The notes under the pieces were generated by a model. It had not been told where the DNA came from, did not search any database, and saw only the letters and a program-made list of their open reading frames with translations. Shown piece by piece: positions 45,744-55,780 of a stretch of 64,000 bases of DNA. Position 1 is the stretch's first letter; each line of letters opens with the position of its first letter. The stretch is from Escherichia phage HK6. The stretch lies in the sequence record PP724615.1; one strand, given 5' to 3'. The translations under genes and the position numbers were made by a program.

Positions 45744-47120
45744 TTAAGATGCAGCGTAAGCACCAGATACAACGCCATTATTAAAGTAACGTTGCAGGTT
45801 AACACGCTGAGTAACGTAGTACGCATCACGCTGTTTACCAGCTTGGCGCTCACGTTCAACAGTAACAGCACGCTGACGCGGCATTACGAAGTTATCTTTA
45901 TAAACAATAACTGCGAACTCTGCAGAGTTAGCTTTAGCCGGGAAGAACTCAGAAACTACAACCGGCAAACCGTAAATACGACCAACCTGACCTTGCAGTT
46001 TAACAGCATCATTACCAACCTGGGCAACATCCTGCCATTCTTCATCTTCCAGCAAATCGTAATAAGCATCCATAGATACGATCAGTACCAGTTTGCTCAG
46101 TTTCAGACCATGACGGCCCAGTTTACGACGCAGTTTAGAGATAGTTTTAGCAGTTACCAGAACAGAACCATCAGCTTTAGCTTCAGTAATAACTTTAGCA
46201 CTATCGCCTTCAGCCAGTTTCAGCAGACCCTTAGGCTTACCAGTACCGTCACCCGTCATAAACGCTTCTTCGATAGAAACAGCGTGTGCTTCAATCAGAC
46301 GCTTACGCAGCAGAGGTAGCAGGGAGAAGATTGCATCTTCTTCAGTTTCATCAGTAATGAAGGACTTAGCAGCCAGTTTATAGGTTTTGAACTGAATTTC
46401 AGTCAGAGCACCTTTAACTTCGTCACCAGTAGTAGTGTCAGTACCATATGCACTAGCATCTACCCAAGTAGCTTTACCAGCATCTGGTTCAACCAACATA
46501 GTAAGAATTTTGCTAGACATTGGCAGTTCTTCAAACAGAGCACCAACTACTAGTTCTTTCTGCAGGTCACGAATAATACGCTGGGAGAAAATAGTTTCAT
46601 AGCTTTCACTAGAAACTTCTACTGAAGAGGACTGGTTTACAGCTTTCAGGTGTCTCTGGCCATGTTCGGTATCAAATACACCTTTTTCCATCACATAAGA
46701 CAGAAGAACCAGTTTTTCAACTTCATCTTCAAAGTTTTCCTGAGTACCGTACAGTGCTTTAGCTACGCTATCACCAACGAAGGAACGACCTTCACGAGCT
46801 GCTAGCAGAGATTTAATTTCATCCTGGAGACCAACAATAGTTTCCTGCTGTTTTTCTACAGTCTGTGCAAACAGTTCTGCGCTCTTTTTAGATTTTTCAT
46901 CCAGGGACTTAACCAGTTCCAGAGCTTGTTCCAGTTTCTGACGATCTTCGCCAACTGCTTTAGAAACCAGATCATTCATACGAGCCAGTTCTTTTTCTTC
47001 CTGCTCTTTACGCATACGTTCAGCTTCAGCAGCTTTCTGAGCAGCGGTCAGACCTTCCAGAGATTTAGCCAGATCACCCAGACCAAGTTCTTCTTTCAGC
47101 TTATTAATATCAATAGTCAT
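45744..47120 (-). CDS. major capsid protein precursor (pb8-like, HK97-fold type with N-terminal scaffolding domain), 458 aa
   Basis: N-terminal ~150 aa coiled-coil region (scaffold/delta-domain-like) followed by a capsid-type body; size equals T5 pb8 (458 aa) as I recall; adjacent to the prohead protease. Confidence 0.7.
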   Translation of the reverse strand: MTIDINKLKEELGLGDLAKSLEGLTAAQKAAEAERMRKEQEEKELARMNDLVSKAVGEDRQKLEQALELVKSLDEKSKKSAELFAQTVEKQQETIVGLQDEIKSLLAAREGRSFVGDSVAKALYGTQENFEDEVEKLVLLSYVMEKGVFDTEHGQRHLKAVNQSSSVEVSSESYETIFSQRIIRDLQKELVVGALFEELPMSSKILTMLVEPDAGKATWVDASAYGTDTTTGDEVKGALTEIQFKTYKLAAKSFITDETEEDAIFSLLPLLRKRLIEAHAVSIEEAFMTGDGTGKPKGLLKLAEGDSAKVITEAKADGSVLVTAKTISKLRRKLGRHGLKLSKLVLIVSMDAYYDLLEDEEWQDVAQVGNDAVKLQGQVGRIYGLPVVVSEFFPAKANSAEFAVIVYKDNFVMPRQRAVTVERERQAGKQRDAYYVTQRVNLQRYFNNGVVSGAYAAS

Positions 47121-47137
47121 TTTTAAATAATTCTCCG

Positions 47138-47770
47138 TTATTCTTTAACGTAGCCTAAAGCTATCGCAAGTTTTTCTAGTTCAGAAAGATTACGTTCTTG
47201 AGCTGGGACAGCTTTAGAACTTATTGCAGTAAAAGATTTACGCCATTCAGTATAATCATGACCATTCATGCTCTTAGCGAGATTGAATGTCGAGTCCTGA
47301 TTACAAGGTACAGAAACTACCGAAACTTCGTATAGTTCTAAATCTTTAATAATAAATATATCAGTAGCTTCATCCCACTCTGCATCTAGGCAGCGGAATC
47401 CGATACTAAAAGTTTTCAGTACACCGTTTTTAATTAGTGAAAAGATAGCTGGATCAGAACTTTCATAGATCTCGCATTCGATTTCGAGACCCATTTCAGT
47501 AGGGTTAAGATCAATACACTTGCCTATTGGACGACGATGGTCATGTCCGAAAAGAATAATCGGGTTTTTCATGTAGTTGGCAAGTGCATTAGATGTTTTC
47601 CATGCGGAGGCAGGAATTACATCCCCAGCGCGATCCTTACTAATTGTATTAGCGAATCCACGGATTTTTACAACACCCTCTCTGGATTCACTATCAATAG
47701 ATTTAATATAAGCATCTAAATGAACCGGTGCTGATTTTAACTTGTTATAGTCAATAGCAGCTTGTGTCAT
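47138..47770 (-). CDS. prohead protease (pb11-like), 210 aa
   Basis: Position between portal and capsid genes; candidate catalytic His (LFGHDHRRPIG) and Ser (FSIGFR) segments of the HK97-type protease family. Confidence 0.55.
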   Translation of the reverse strand: MTQAAIDYNKLKSAPVHLDAYIKSIDSESREGVVKIRGFANTISKDRAGDVIPASAWKTSNALANYMKNPIILFGHDHRRPIGKCIDLNPTEMGLEIECEIYESSDPAIFSLIKNGVLKTFSIGFRCLDAEWDEATDIFIIKDLELYEVSVVSVPCNQDSTFNLAKSMNGHDYTEWRKSFTAISSKAVPAQERNLSELEKLAIALGYVKE

Positions 47771-47773
47771 TTA

Positions 47774-48262
47774 TTAGCCTCCAACACCAGGTGCAGTTGG
47801 GGTAGCTTTTACTGCCGCAGACTTAGGAGATTCTCCCGCCCCATTAACAGCTACTGCCTGGAAAGTATACTCTTTTGCTTCTAAGGTAGAAATAGTACCT
47901 GTTTTAGAAGACCCAGAATTATAGGTTTTTGGAGTAGTTCCATCAGTATAGTATACTTTATACTGGGTGATTGGTGAGCCGGTATTAGTACCATCAGTAA
48001 TTGTATAAGTTACTGAATTTTCACCTGGAGTTACCTGCAACGTAGGGGCTCCAGGGACAACGTCTACTGGACCAGCCTTACCATAAGCCTCTACAAATTT
48101 CTTCCATACTTTGCGGTTAGTATGCGCAGATGAAAGTCCTAGTTCTCTACGCAGAAAAGCATAGCTAGGAACATATTTATGCGCGGCAACCGTAGCAAAG
48201 AAGATATGAGATTCTGGCAGTTTTTCACCAAAAATGGTCTTTAGACCACTATAATCAATCAT
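47774..48262 (-). CDS. capsid decoration protein candidate with C-terminal Ig/FN3-like domain (pb10-like), 162 aa
   Basis: C-terminal beta-rich segment TPGENSVTYTITDGTNTGSPITQYKVYYTDG...YTFQAVAVNGAGESP typical of FN3/Ig-like domains; size and position. Confidence 0.45.
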   Translation of the reverse strand: MIDYSGLKTIFGEKLPESHIFFATVAAHKYVPSYAFLRRELGLSSAHTNRKVWKKFVEAYGKAGPVDVVPGAPTLQVTPGENSVTYTITDGTNTGSPITQYKVYYTDGTTPKTYNSGSSKTGTISTLEAKEYTFQAVAVNGAGESPKSAAVKATPTAPGVGG

Positions 48263-49476
48263 TCTTTATCTCCCTCGGTGGAACCTTGAGGTCTACCACC
48301 TTCTTGACCGGATACACCTGTTGCAGAACCAGCAACGTTGGCAGGAATACGAATCTTATTCATCTGCTCATCATCTAAAGGTTCAAGGTTTAGCTCTACA
48401 CGAGCTTCGTTACCAGTCATAATACCATTATTAACCAATGAGGTTAAATGTTTAGCCTCAGCTTCTTTATCTGGTGTTAATGCAGCTACTTCCTTAGTAT
48501 TAGGAGTAATCTTATAACCAAAAAAGAAAGTAAGAGAACTAGTCAGTTTGTTCAGCATAGGGATGATAGTCATGTAATAGAACAGTTCGATATTTGGTCG
48601 AATGTTCGCATTATTACCACCATCAAGTAGCACCTGCGGAACACCAAAGGCTAGACAGATAGATTTATTAAATCCTTCTATGTCTTCCTTAAAGTCTAGA
48701 TCTTTAAAAGAGGATATTTGGGAGTACGGTTTAGCTTTCATACCACCATCTAGAATCAGGACAGAGGACTGACCAGTACTAGGATTATAATCTAGTTGTA
48801 ATTCTTCTTGTTTACGCTCACGCAATTTCTTGTTCAGGATTTCATCCGTCTCAAGAATAAGACCAATCACGGTTCCGTTATCTAGGAACTTCTCTTTAAA
48901 GTTAAGCATCTTAGAACGCTTCTCAAGAGAATCAATAACAGTAGCAACACGAGATTGTCCAGAAATTTGAGAATTTGTGCCACACACGTAACTGTTATCC
49001 TTTATAAAGATAATCTCATCTACGCGATAGTCTATCTGATTATTAAATATAAATTTTTTGATAAACTTATTGGCATCTGCCTCTACTTGCATTAGTGCAG
49101 CAGGGACATGGTAAAGTGCTGTGCCATCCCAATAGATGTATGCACAACCTTCAAAAAGTAGGTCAGTGACTACAAGTCTACGGAATGTGCTTATATCCAT
49201 GAATGGATTAGGTCGTACATTTAAGAGAGTGTCTAGAGTCTTTGTCTTGATGCCATTGGCATACGTGACAATATTATATTTATCTCCGACAGTATAAGAA
49301 CACTCCGCCGCACTATCTATAACCATATTAGCAGTTCTATTGAGAATCTCAATTTTACTGTAGGCTTGTCCAGTGGTAAAAGGCTTACGGTTAGTGCGAT
49401 GACTAACTGGTTCCATGTCTCTTATAATACGTTGACCCGGATTTAGCTTTTCAGTAATCCAGCTTTTAAAACCCAT
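48259..49476 (-). CDS. portal protein (pb7-like), 405 aa
   Basis: Size and synteny (between terminase/HNH and protease genes). Confidence 0.5.
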   Translation of the reverse strand: MGFKSWITEKLNPGQRIIRDMEPVSHRTNRKPFTTGQAYSKIEILNRTANMVIDSAAECSYTVGDKYNIVTYANGIKTKTLDTLLNVRPNPFMDISTFRRLVVTDLLFEGCAYIYWDGTALYHVPAALMQVEADANKFIKKFIFNNQIDYRVDEIIFIKDNSYVCGTNSQISGQSRVATVIDSLEKRSKMLNFKEKFLDNGTVIGLILETDEILNKKLRERKQEELQLDYNPSTGQSSVLILDGGMKAKPYSQISSFKDLDFKEDIEGFNKSICLAFGVPQVLLDGGNNANIRPNIELFYYMTIIPMLNKLTSSLTFFFGYKITPNTKEVAALTPDKEAEAKHLTSLVNNGIMTGNEARVELNLEPLDDEQMNKIRIPANVAGSATGVSGQEGGRPQGSTEGDKE

Positions 49477-49913
49477 TATAAGAACCTTGCGAATCCTGAT
49501 TTTGTTTCAGTCTTGACTTGTGTCTTTTCTTGAGGATTCTGTAATTTGTCTTTCTGCTTTTGAACCCACACTTTTTGCTTATTAGCAGAAAATAAAGGAG
49601 GTTCTTTTGTGTAAACCTTATGTAATAATTGGTGATGGTGTACACAAAGGGTAACAGTGTCTTCTACTAGCTCATGCCTATATCGATCATAGAATGCCGT
49701 CCTATTTGAAAGGACTATTTCTTCGTCAGTGAAATCCAATTGGAGTTCTTTAGCAAATTTTTTAACTAGTAGAGACACCGTATGGTAATGATGAAGCTCT
49801 AATTCTTCAGCACAACCGCAGATAGCACATTGAGAGTCTTTTTTATATTGACTTTTTATTCCGTCTCTCATAAGGGATATAGCATCGCGTTTATATTTTA
49901 CATTGCTTGCCAT
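49476..49913 (-). CDS. HNH-type zinc-finger nuclease-like protein, ~145 aa
   Basis: CAICGCAEELELHHYH ... CVHHHQLLH Cys/His pattern of HNH nucleases; ATG at 49913 with GAGGAG RBS (track ORF extends to 50000). Confidence 0.5.
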   Translation of the reverse strand: MASNVKYKRDAISLMRDGIKSQYKKDSQCAICGCAEELELHHYHTVSLLVKKFAKELQLDFTDEEIVLSNRTAFYDRYRHELVEDTVTLCVHHHQLLHKVYTKEPPLFSANKQKVWVQKQKDKLQNPQEKTQVKTETKSGFARFL

Positions 49914-50027
49914 AGTGTTCTCCTCAACTGTATGAATATAGTATACATAATCGTATCGAATTTGTAAAGGGGATTTTAAAATGCAGGAATGGGATACCAA
50001 CTGAGTAGTATCCCATCCTATACTTAT

Positions 50028-51344
50028 TTATTTACCACGGGAAATAGAGTAAATTCCGTAGCGCAGCGCATCACAAAGGTGAGAGTTAGCATCATGACGT
50101 GGTTTTTCACGTGATAATTTCTCTTCGCCTTCTTGGAAATCCCACTTATAGTTCTGCAATGCATGGATTAATGAGGAACATGAAGCATCTACAATAATCT
50201 TATCCTGCTGGAATAGTGCTTGCAAGCATGCTAGACCGTCTAGGACAGACTTTTTAGCTGGAGCTGATGCAATTTCATGTTCATAAGCTAAGTCCTGACG
50301 GAACTGGGCAGCCGCGGAGTCAACGAAGATACGATCTACGTTATAACGATCTATACAGTGCTGAATATACGCAGCATGTTGGGCTGTGGTTTTCTCCGCC
50401 TGCTGGTATTCTTCTAGTACATAGTAAGTATCCGTATCGTAATGATATTTAATAGTAAGAACTGCTGTAGGATCACGATAACCAACGTCAATACCGAGCA
50501 ACGTTTCGAAGGCTTCATCATCTTTAAAGAAGTGACGCATACCTTTGAGGTCTTTAACATGATCTATAGCATTAAAGGTATCAAAGATCTGACCTTCGAA
50601 TACAGAGAAGTCAGCCTCGTATTCTTGGCGGAAGTAGTTTTTACTAACAGTACGACGTGCTTCCTCGATATCATTCAGGTCAGCACGTGGATTATCACGA
50701 TATGTACCATGAATAGATACCCAGTTAGGCAACGTATCATCAAACCCATAGGCATAAAACTCTTTAAACCAGTTACCGCCACGAGGAGTAGAGATAAACA
50801 GAGCCTTAGAATTAGGTTTATCTAGGGTAGGACGCAACTGAACCCTGAAGGCATCACCACCTACATCGGAAATTGCCGCCTCATCAAAGATGATAAAGTC
50901 ATATGAACGTCCAACTGCGGAGTCAGCCTGAGCTGCAGAAGCTAGTTTAAACAGTGAGCCGTTTGCCAGCTCAATTTCTTTATCTTTAGCATTCTCACGT
51001 TCAGTTTGTAGGCCGTACTTTTTAATAAGACCACGAATCTGAGACCACCCGATGTTGGCCAGTGAGTAGTTAGGGGCAACTACTAATACCTTCACATTAG
51101 GTTCCAGCAATTTTAGGAACCCAAGGGTATACGCGATGAAGGATTTACCTACACGGCGTGATACACACGCCGTTACAAAACGATGTCTAGGATCCTCTAA
51201 AGCATTGATAATCGCTATTTGAGGACCATTAGGTGTAATGCCTTCTTGCGCTAATATTCCAGAAACAGGTAGACGAAAGAAACGTTTATCTATTCCGAAA
51301 TCAATAACATCTACTGTGTTAACGTAGGGTCTTGATACTTCCAT
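50028..51344 (-). CDS. terminase large subunit, 438 aa
   Basis: Walker A CVSRRVGKS, Walker B FIIFDEAA, C-terminal acidic nuclease-type residues (GIDVGYRDPTAV, FVDSAAAQ). Confidence 0.8.
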   Translation of the reverse strand: MEVSRPYVNTVDVIDFGIDKRFFRLPVSGILAQEGITPNGPQIAIINALEDPRHRFVTACVSRRVGKSFIAYTLGFLKLLEPNVKVLVVAPNYSLANIGWSQIRGLIKKYGLQTERENAKDKEIELANGSLFKLASAAQADSAVGRSYDFIIFDEAAISDVGGDAFRVQLRPTLDKPNSKALFISTPRGGNWFKEFYAYGFDDTLPNWVSIHGTYRDNPRADLNDIEEARRTVSKNYFRQEYEADFSVFEGQIFDTFNAIDHVKDLKGMRHFFKDDEAFETLLGIDVGYRDPTAVLTIKYHYDTDTYYVLEEYQQAEKTTAQHAAYIQHCIDRYNVDRIFVDSAAAQFRQDLAYEHEIASAPAKKSVLDGLACLQALFQQDKIIVDASCSSLIHALQNYKWDFQEGEEKLSREKPRHDANSHLCDALRYGIYSISRGK

Positions 51345-51826
51345 TACTTTTTACCTCCAGTAGCTAGGGAAGTAATTAAGTCCATGTAGTTTTGATCCCC
51401 AGCTCCAGCAATAATGTTATTCTGGATATTGGTCTGATTAGCAGGAGCACGGACGGCAGCTTTAGCTTTTTCTAGCTCCACCATCATTTTCATTTCCTCC
51501 ATTTTCATCTTATGTGCCTTCCAGAGAATATCCATAATATCTTGGTCAGAACCCATGCCAGTTTCTTCTAGTTCCTCCAGCTTACGTTTAATAACTTCAT
51601 CTAGAACACCGAACAAACGATCTCTGTTACGGAAACCACTCTCCATAAAAATATCATTTAAGTAATTCTTAACTTCACTACGATTCATAATATCTCGAAA
51701 AGCAATTTCGGACATTCCAAGACTACGTGCGGCAGAAGGCACATCGCTGCCGCACTGTAAATAAGCTTCAATCACATCCATCCCTTCAGGGGACATAAGA
51801 TCTGGTACTAATACATCATTTGCCAT
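51344..51826 (-). CDS. putative terminase small subunit, 160 aa
   Basis: Position immediately upstream of the large subunit with overlapping stop/start; N-terminal HTH-like region; inferential. Confidence 0.35.
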   Translation of the reverse strand: MANDVLVPDLMSPEGMDVIEAYLQCGSDVPSAARSLGMSEIAFRDIMNRSEVKNYLNDIFMESGFRNRDRLFGVLDEVIKRKLEELEETGMGSDQDIMDILWKAHKMKMEEMKMMVELEKAKAAVRAPANQTNIQNNIIAGAGDQNYMDLITSLATGGKK

Positions 51827-51836
51827 ATTTCCTCCT

Positions 51837-53756
51837 TTAGGTAAGGCGTTGAATTGTTATTTTTACATTAGGTAAGCAAGCTTTTAGCCCAGTTACATTA
51901 CTAACAGAAGCATTTAACCATACGCTAACATTACCATTACCATCATTTTTTAAATAATAAGTTATAGTATAGTATCCAGTTTGTGCATTACCACCATACA
52001 AGCTAGATACCCAGAAAGCTGTAGGAGTAAACATAGCACCACCACCACCAGTAGCATTAACCGCGGTTCCTTTGATAGTCATAAAAGGAACATACTTTCC
52101 TGATGGTAACGATAAAATTTGGTGAAGTTTTTTACTAACTGCATTACTAGTAATTCTAAGACGACTATCGCCTGTGGTTGCTCCTCTATTGAGAATCTCG
52201 TTAGGATTAAAACATCCAATACCACCCGCGGATAACCAAGTATCATCTAAGAATTCCATAGTACATACAATAGCCCCGTCTCTAGCGCTCTGTATACCTA
52301 ATCCCATAGTAGTTAAATGAACTGAACCCCCGCTATTAAATACAACATTCCCTGATAGTGTTGCAGATGCACTCCCAGATATTAAACGTAAAGGTATGTT
52401 ACTCTCACTCCATACATCACCATATTTATTACCTATTTTTGGTGGAGTACTTTGTACATACCAGGAACTAGAAGGCATAAAACTATAAATACTAACAGTA
52501 CTATTAGTTAACCCACTAATATTACCACCTTTGAATAGGGGAACATTACTTCCGTTAGTAACAGGTACTGCAAAGGTAGCTATACCGTTTACTCCAGTAG
52601 AGGCAGAACCACTACTAACATTATTACCAATATTTCGTATATCGGCCCTACTGCCGGGGTTATACCCAGGTTGAACGAAATTTATAAATTTCCAAGAAGT
52701 GGTAGATAGATTAACTCCACGAATGGTAAAATCAGTAGGACTTATTTTTATATCAGACCCTTTAAATAGGTCAGTACCTACAGTAAAGCCACTACCAGTA
52801 TACCTTAGATTAGTAACGTACCATGTAACTTTTTTAGGTGTTACACCTAAACTTTCACTATATATCCCTATAGGACCACCAGGACCATTATTTGGGTCAG
52901 ACATACCCTCCCAATACGCATACCCATGCGGTGCAGCTCTAGCAAAGCCTACAGCCCATGCCATAGAACTAGGATCAGTAGAGTTATAGTTTTTTACCAT
53001 TTCTGCAGCTGAGCTAGCTACCCCCTGTACTTTACCAGCAGTGGTATGGTTTGGCCCATTGTAACCGTAGACTATTCTGGGACAAGATTTGCCGCGTACA
53101 TAGATAGCATTAAAACCTAAACTTCGTGATCCAGGGTGTCTAACTGAGGCACTTTTAACTGTAAGAGTATTTCTATCAGCCACAACATTACTAGAGCCAT
53201 CCCAGGCGGATTTATAGAGTGCTGCACTGCCCATGAACATAGCTGCAGTAGCAAATCCTCGTCGCATAGCATAGGAACCAAACATGTGCTGACAACCAGT
53301 ACCATCTCGTAGTTTTTCTACTACACTACCAGAAGTACCAGTGTTAAAATACCCTACATCTAATGATAGATCAGCACTAGCGGTTATTTGGACTTTATTT
53401 CCACCACCGCTACTAACCTGAGGGTTTGTAGTACCATAAGCTTTTACCCCCACTCCCATGCTCATACCATTTAACATATGCCTAGTACCATCCGTAAACT
53501 CAACTTCAGTAAGAATAACTAAGTTAGAGTCATTATTATGTAGTGCAGCTATCCTACTTGGTAATTCAGCCCAGTAATATTCATTAGTCGCTAGAGCTAA
53601 ATTAGCAGAATAAGTTTCTGTAATAATAACATGAGGCATATTAGAATGAAATATAGTATTATTGTCGGGGTTAATATGCTGATTAATATCTCCTCCACTA
53701 CCCCTTTTTAAAGAAAGAGTAGGAGTGTTATTTAGTCTTCCTGCAAAAAAGCCCAT
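51837..53756 (-). CDS. receptor-binding tail protein (pb5/oad-like), 639 aa
   Basis: Size matches T5 pb5 (~640 aa); divergently paired with an llp-like lipoprotein gene; N-terminus resembles my recollection of pb5. Confidence 0.5.
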   Translation of the reverse strand: MGFFAGRLNNTPTLSLKRGSGGDINQHINPDNNTIFHSNMPHVIITETYSANLALATNEYYWAELPSRIAALHNNDSNLVILTEVEFTDGTRHMLNGMSMGVGVKAYGTTNPQVSSGGGNKVQITASADLSLDVGYFNTGTSGSVVEKLRDGTGCQHMFGSYAMRRGFATAAMFMGSAALYKSAWDGSSNVVADRNTLTVKSASVRHPGSRSLGFNAIYVRGKSCPRIVYGYNGPNHTTAGKVQGVASSAAEMVKNYNSTDPSSMAWAVGFARAAPHGYAYWEGMSDPNNGPGGPIGIYSESLGVTPKKVTWYVTNLRYTGSGFTVGTDLFKGSDIKISPTDFTIRGVNLSTTSWKFINFVQPGYNPGSRADIRNIGNNVSSGSASTGVNGIATFAVPVTNGSNVPLFKGGNISGLTNSTVSIYSFMPSSSWYVQSTPPKIGNKYGDVWSESNIPLRLISGSASATLSGNVVFNSGGSVHLTTMGLGIQSARDGAIVCTMEFLDDTWLSAGGIGCFNPNEILNRGATTGDSRLRITSNAVSKKLHQILSLPSGKYVPFMTIKGTAVNATGGGGAMFTPTAFWVSSLYGGNAQTGYYTITYYLKNDGNGNVSVWLNASVSNVTGLKACLPNVKITIQRLT

Positions 53757-53776
53757 TTATCCTCCAAAAATTTAAT

Positions 53777-53805
53777 TGCTTAGATTGCTATAATCTTGTA
53801 TAATA
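53777..53805 (+). promoter_or_regulatory. sigma70-type promoter for the llp-like gene (TTGCTT-17-TATAAT)
   Basis: -35 TTGCTT 53777-53782, 17-nt spacer, -10 TATAAT 53800-53805, then TTATAAATTAAATAGAGGAGGA and ATG 53836. Confidence 0.5.
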
Positions 53806-53835
53806 GTATTATAAATTAAATAGAGGAGGATGTAA

Positions 53836-54069
53836 ATGAAAAAATTATTTTTAGCTATGGCAGTTGTGCTTCTTTCGGCTTGCTCTACTTTTGGACCAAA
53901 AGATATTAAATGTGAAGCCTATTATGTACAAGATCATGTTAAATATAAGGCTAATGTTTTTGATAGGAAAGGGGATATGTTTTTAGTGGCACCAATTATG
54001 GCTTATGGGTCATTTTGGGCTCCTGTAAGCTATTTTACTGAGGGAAATACCTGTGAAGGAGTTTTCTAA
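53836..54069 (+). CDS. llp: small lipoprotein (Llp-like, receptor-masking superinfection exclusion type), 77 aa
   Basis: Signal peptide with lipobox LLSAC; small size; divergent from the receptor-binding protein gene as in T5 oad/llp. Confidence 0.65.
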   Translation: MKKLFLAMAVVLLSACSTFGPKDIKCEAYYVQDHVKYKANVFDRKGDMFLVAPIMAYGSFWAPVSYFTEGNTCEGVF

Positions 54070-54370
54070 AGAGAAGCCCTTCCAGGAACTCATGCCACTT
54101 GAGATGAATCCTAGGGCAAAAGCAATTCACGATGCAATTAATGAAATCATTCAGGGCGTCATACAAGACACTAGGGAAGATGTAATGGGAACATCATTTA
54201 TTCTAGAAGAATCTGGATTTGATGAAATGATGAACCTCGTAGGAACAGTTATAATGGTTCGTGCAATTGCTAGAATATTCCAAATACCACATTTACGGGA
54301 GCATGAAAGACATGTCAAACGGCAACAAAAGAAAGAACAGACGCGGAGAAGTGTACGAAGCGTGGATTAA
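54053..54370 (+). CDS. hypothetical protein, 105 aa
   Basis: ORF overlapping the llp stop; no motif. Confidence 0.4.
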   Translation: MKEFSKEKPFQELMPLEMNPRAKAIHDAINEIIQGVIQDTREDVMGTSFILEESGFDEMMNLVGTVIMVRAIARIFQIPHLREHERHVKRQQKKEQTRRSVRSVD

Positions 54371-54446
54371 CATTTACGGATTTGGTTTTGTATTATTCCT
54401 AGTCTTCGTAGGTTTTTGGTTAGCAGCTATGGCGGGGTGGATCTAA
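54312..54446 (+). CDS. small membrane protein (C-terminal TM), ~45 aa
   Basis: ATG 54312 with GGGAG ~10 nt upstream; C-terminal hydrophobic helix GFGFVLFLVFVGFWLAAMAGWI; overlaps the 3' end of the previous ORF, so one of the two may be spurious. Confidence 0.3.
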   Translation: MSNGNKRKNRRGEVYEAWINIYGFGFVLFLVFVGFWLAAMAGWI

Positions 54447-54601
54447 TGGAATGGGTAATTATTGGCATATTCGTCTTGTTAATACTTCTCTTTGTAGGCT
54501 TACGTGTAATAGATACCTCTGTAACCCAAACAGAAATTAAATTAATGCAGTTGAGTAATAGATTATCTAGAATCGAAACTTTATTAGAGGAGCGTAAATA
54601 A
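54446..54601 (+). CDS. small single-pass membrane protein, 51 aa
   Basis: MEWVIIGIFVLLILLFVGL TM helix followed by charged helix ...RLSRIETLLEERK; start within the track ORF 54416-54601. Confidence 0.45.
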   Translation: MEWVIIGIFVLLILLFVGLRVIDTSVTQTEIKLMQLSNRLSRIETLLEERK

Positions 54602-54708
54602 TGGAATGGGTAATTATTGCACTACTAGGGATTGTGATTATTGGGCAGTGTATTCTAGATAATCACTTAGCTAGAATTGAAACCTTACTATCGGAGAAAC
54701 GTAAATGA
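54601..54708 (+). CDS. small single-pass membrane protein, paralog of the previous, 35 aa
   Basis: MEWVIIALLGIVIIGQCIL...LARIETLLSEKRK; start overlaps the previous stop (TAATG) and its stop overlaps the next start. Confidence 0.4.
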   Translation: MEWVIIALLGIVIIGQCILDNHLARIETLLSEKRK

Positions 54709-54899
54709 TGGAGGTGGCGGTTACACTAATAGTAATATTAGTCTGGGTAATCCTCATTGTCTCTCGTATCGTGTATCTCCGCCTAAAAACTCTAGAAGCT
54801 CAGGTGAAACAACAACAAGTTATTCTAGAAAAGCTAGTACTACTGCAACGCTGTGATAGCACCCGTATTCTGCAAATTGAGAGGGAATTAGATGTTTAG
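54705..54899 (+). CDS. small single-pass membrane protein, 64 aa
   Basis: N-terminal TM helix VTLIVILVWVILIVSRIV followed by a coiled-coil-like tail; translationally coupled. Confidence 0.45.
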   Translation: MMEVAVTLIVILVWVILIVSRIVYLRLKTLEAQVKQQQVILEKLVLLQRCDSTRILQIERELDV

Positions 54900-55137
54900 T
54901 ATTGTAGTTGCTTTTATTATCGGGGTACTCGCGGGGGTTTTCGGGACGACTGCGGCAATCAACAAGCATCGTAAATATATTGCGGAAGTATCGCGGGAGA
55001 TTGCGGAAAGGGAGCGGAAGTTTGACGAGAAACGTGCGGAGTTTGAACGAGAATGGTCGGATGGATCTCGGGCGTCGCGGAAGAGATTTCGCATGTCAGA
55101 ATCAGGAGACAAGCCGGTAGACAGGAGAAGCTCATGA
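54892..55137 (+). CDS. small single-pass membrane protein, 81 aa
   Basis: N-terminal TM helix FSIVVAFIIGVLAGVFG followed by a highly charged tail (REIAERERKFDEKRAEFEREW). Confidence 0.45.
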   Translation: MFSIVVAFIIGVLAGVFGTTAAINKHRKYIAEVSREIAERERKFDEKRAEFEREWSDGSRASRKRFRMSESGDKPVDRRSS

Positions 55138-55607
55138 TATTTAAGAAGATTCCAGATGAAATAGCTGGTAGCTTCTCATATGACCCAGATACAGGACAAT
55201 TCTCCCCTATTGTAGGGTATACAAAGGAAAGTGAAGGATATCTTGTATACCGTCACCCTAAATTTGGGGAGTTTAAGGTACATCGCCTAGCGTGGTGGTA
55301 TACCTACGGAGAAGATCCTGGAGAGTCTCTAATAGACCATAAGAATTGTGAGGGATTTGATAATAGAAAGAGTAATCTTCGTAAAGCATCCCACGAGCAG
55401 AACTTAGCAAATCAGCGATTATCAAAGAATAATACCTCAGGGGTTAAGGGTGTATATTGGGACAATACTCGTAAGAAGTGGAGAGCACGCGGGAGATATC
55501 AAGGAAAATATTTTATCTCGGCCTACTTCGAGAGTCTCGAGGAAGCTGAGAGTGCAATAAGGGAAGCACGTGAGAAAGTGTGTGGTGAGTTCACAAATCA
55601 CGGTTAA
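55134..55607 (+). CDS. HNH homing endonuclease with AP2-like domain, ~157 aa
   Basis: HRLAWWYTYGEDPGESLIDHKNCEGFDNRKSNL (HNH_3 pattern) and GVKGVYWDNTRKKWRARGRYQGKYFISAYFESLEEAESA (AP2-like); ATG 55134 with AGGAG RBS. Confidence 0.6.
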   Translation: MIFKKIPDEIAGSFSYDPDTGQFSPIVGYTKESEGYLVYRHPKFGEFKVHRLAWWYTYGEDPGESLIDHKNCEGFDNRKSNLRKASHEQNLANQRLSKNNTSGVKGVYWDNTRKKWRARGRYQGKYFISAYFESLEEAESAIREAREKVCGEFTNHG

Positions 55608-55780
55608 TAGCGCTAATTTGGAAATCTTGAAATTTCATAAGATTACACATACGGGTGTGCCCAGTGGCTAGGGGGAGAATACTTAGTCTGCTAACCGCCA
55701 CCCCCGTTACTATTACCATGCTAACTATTTCACCCTGCAACCATTTTAATTGCAAGGTGAAACAATTTCAACTTTAATTA

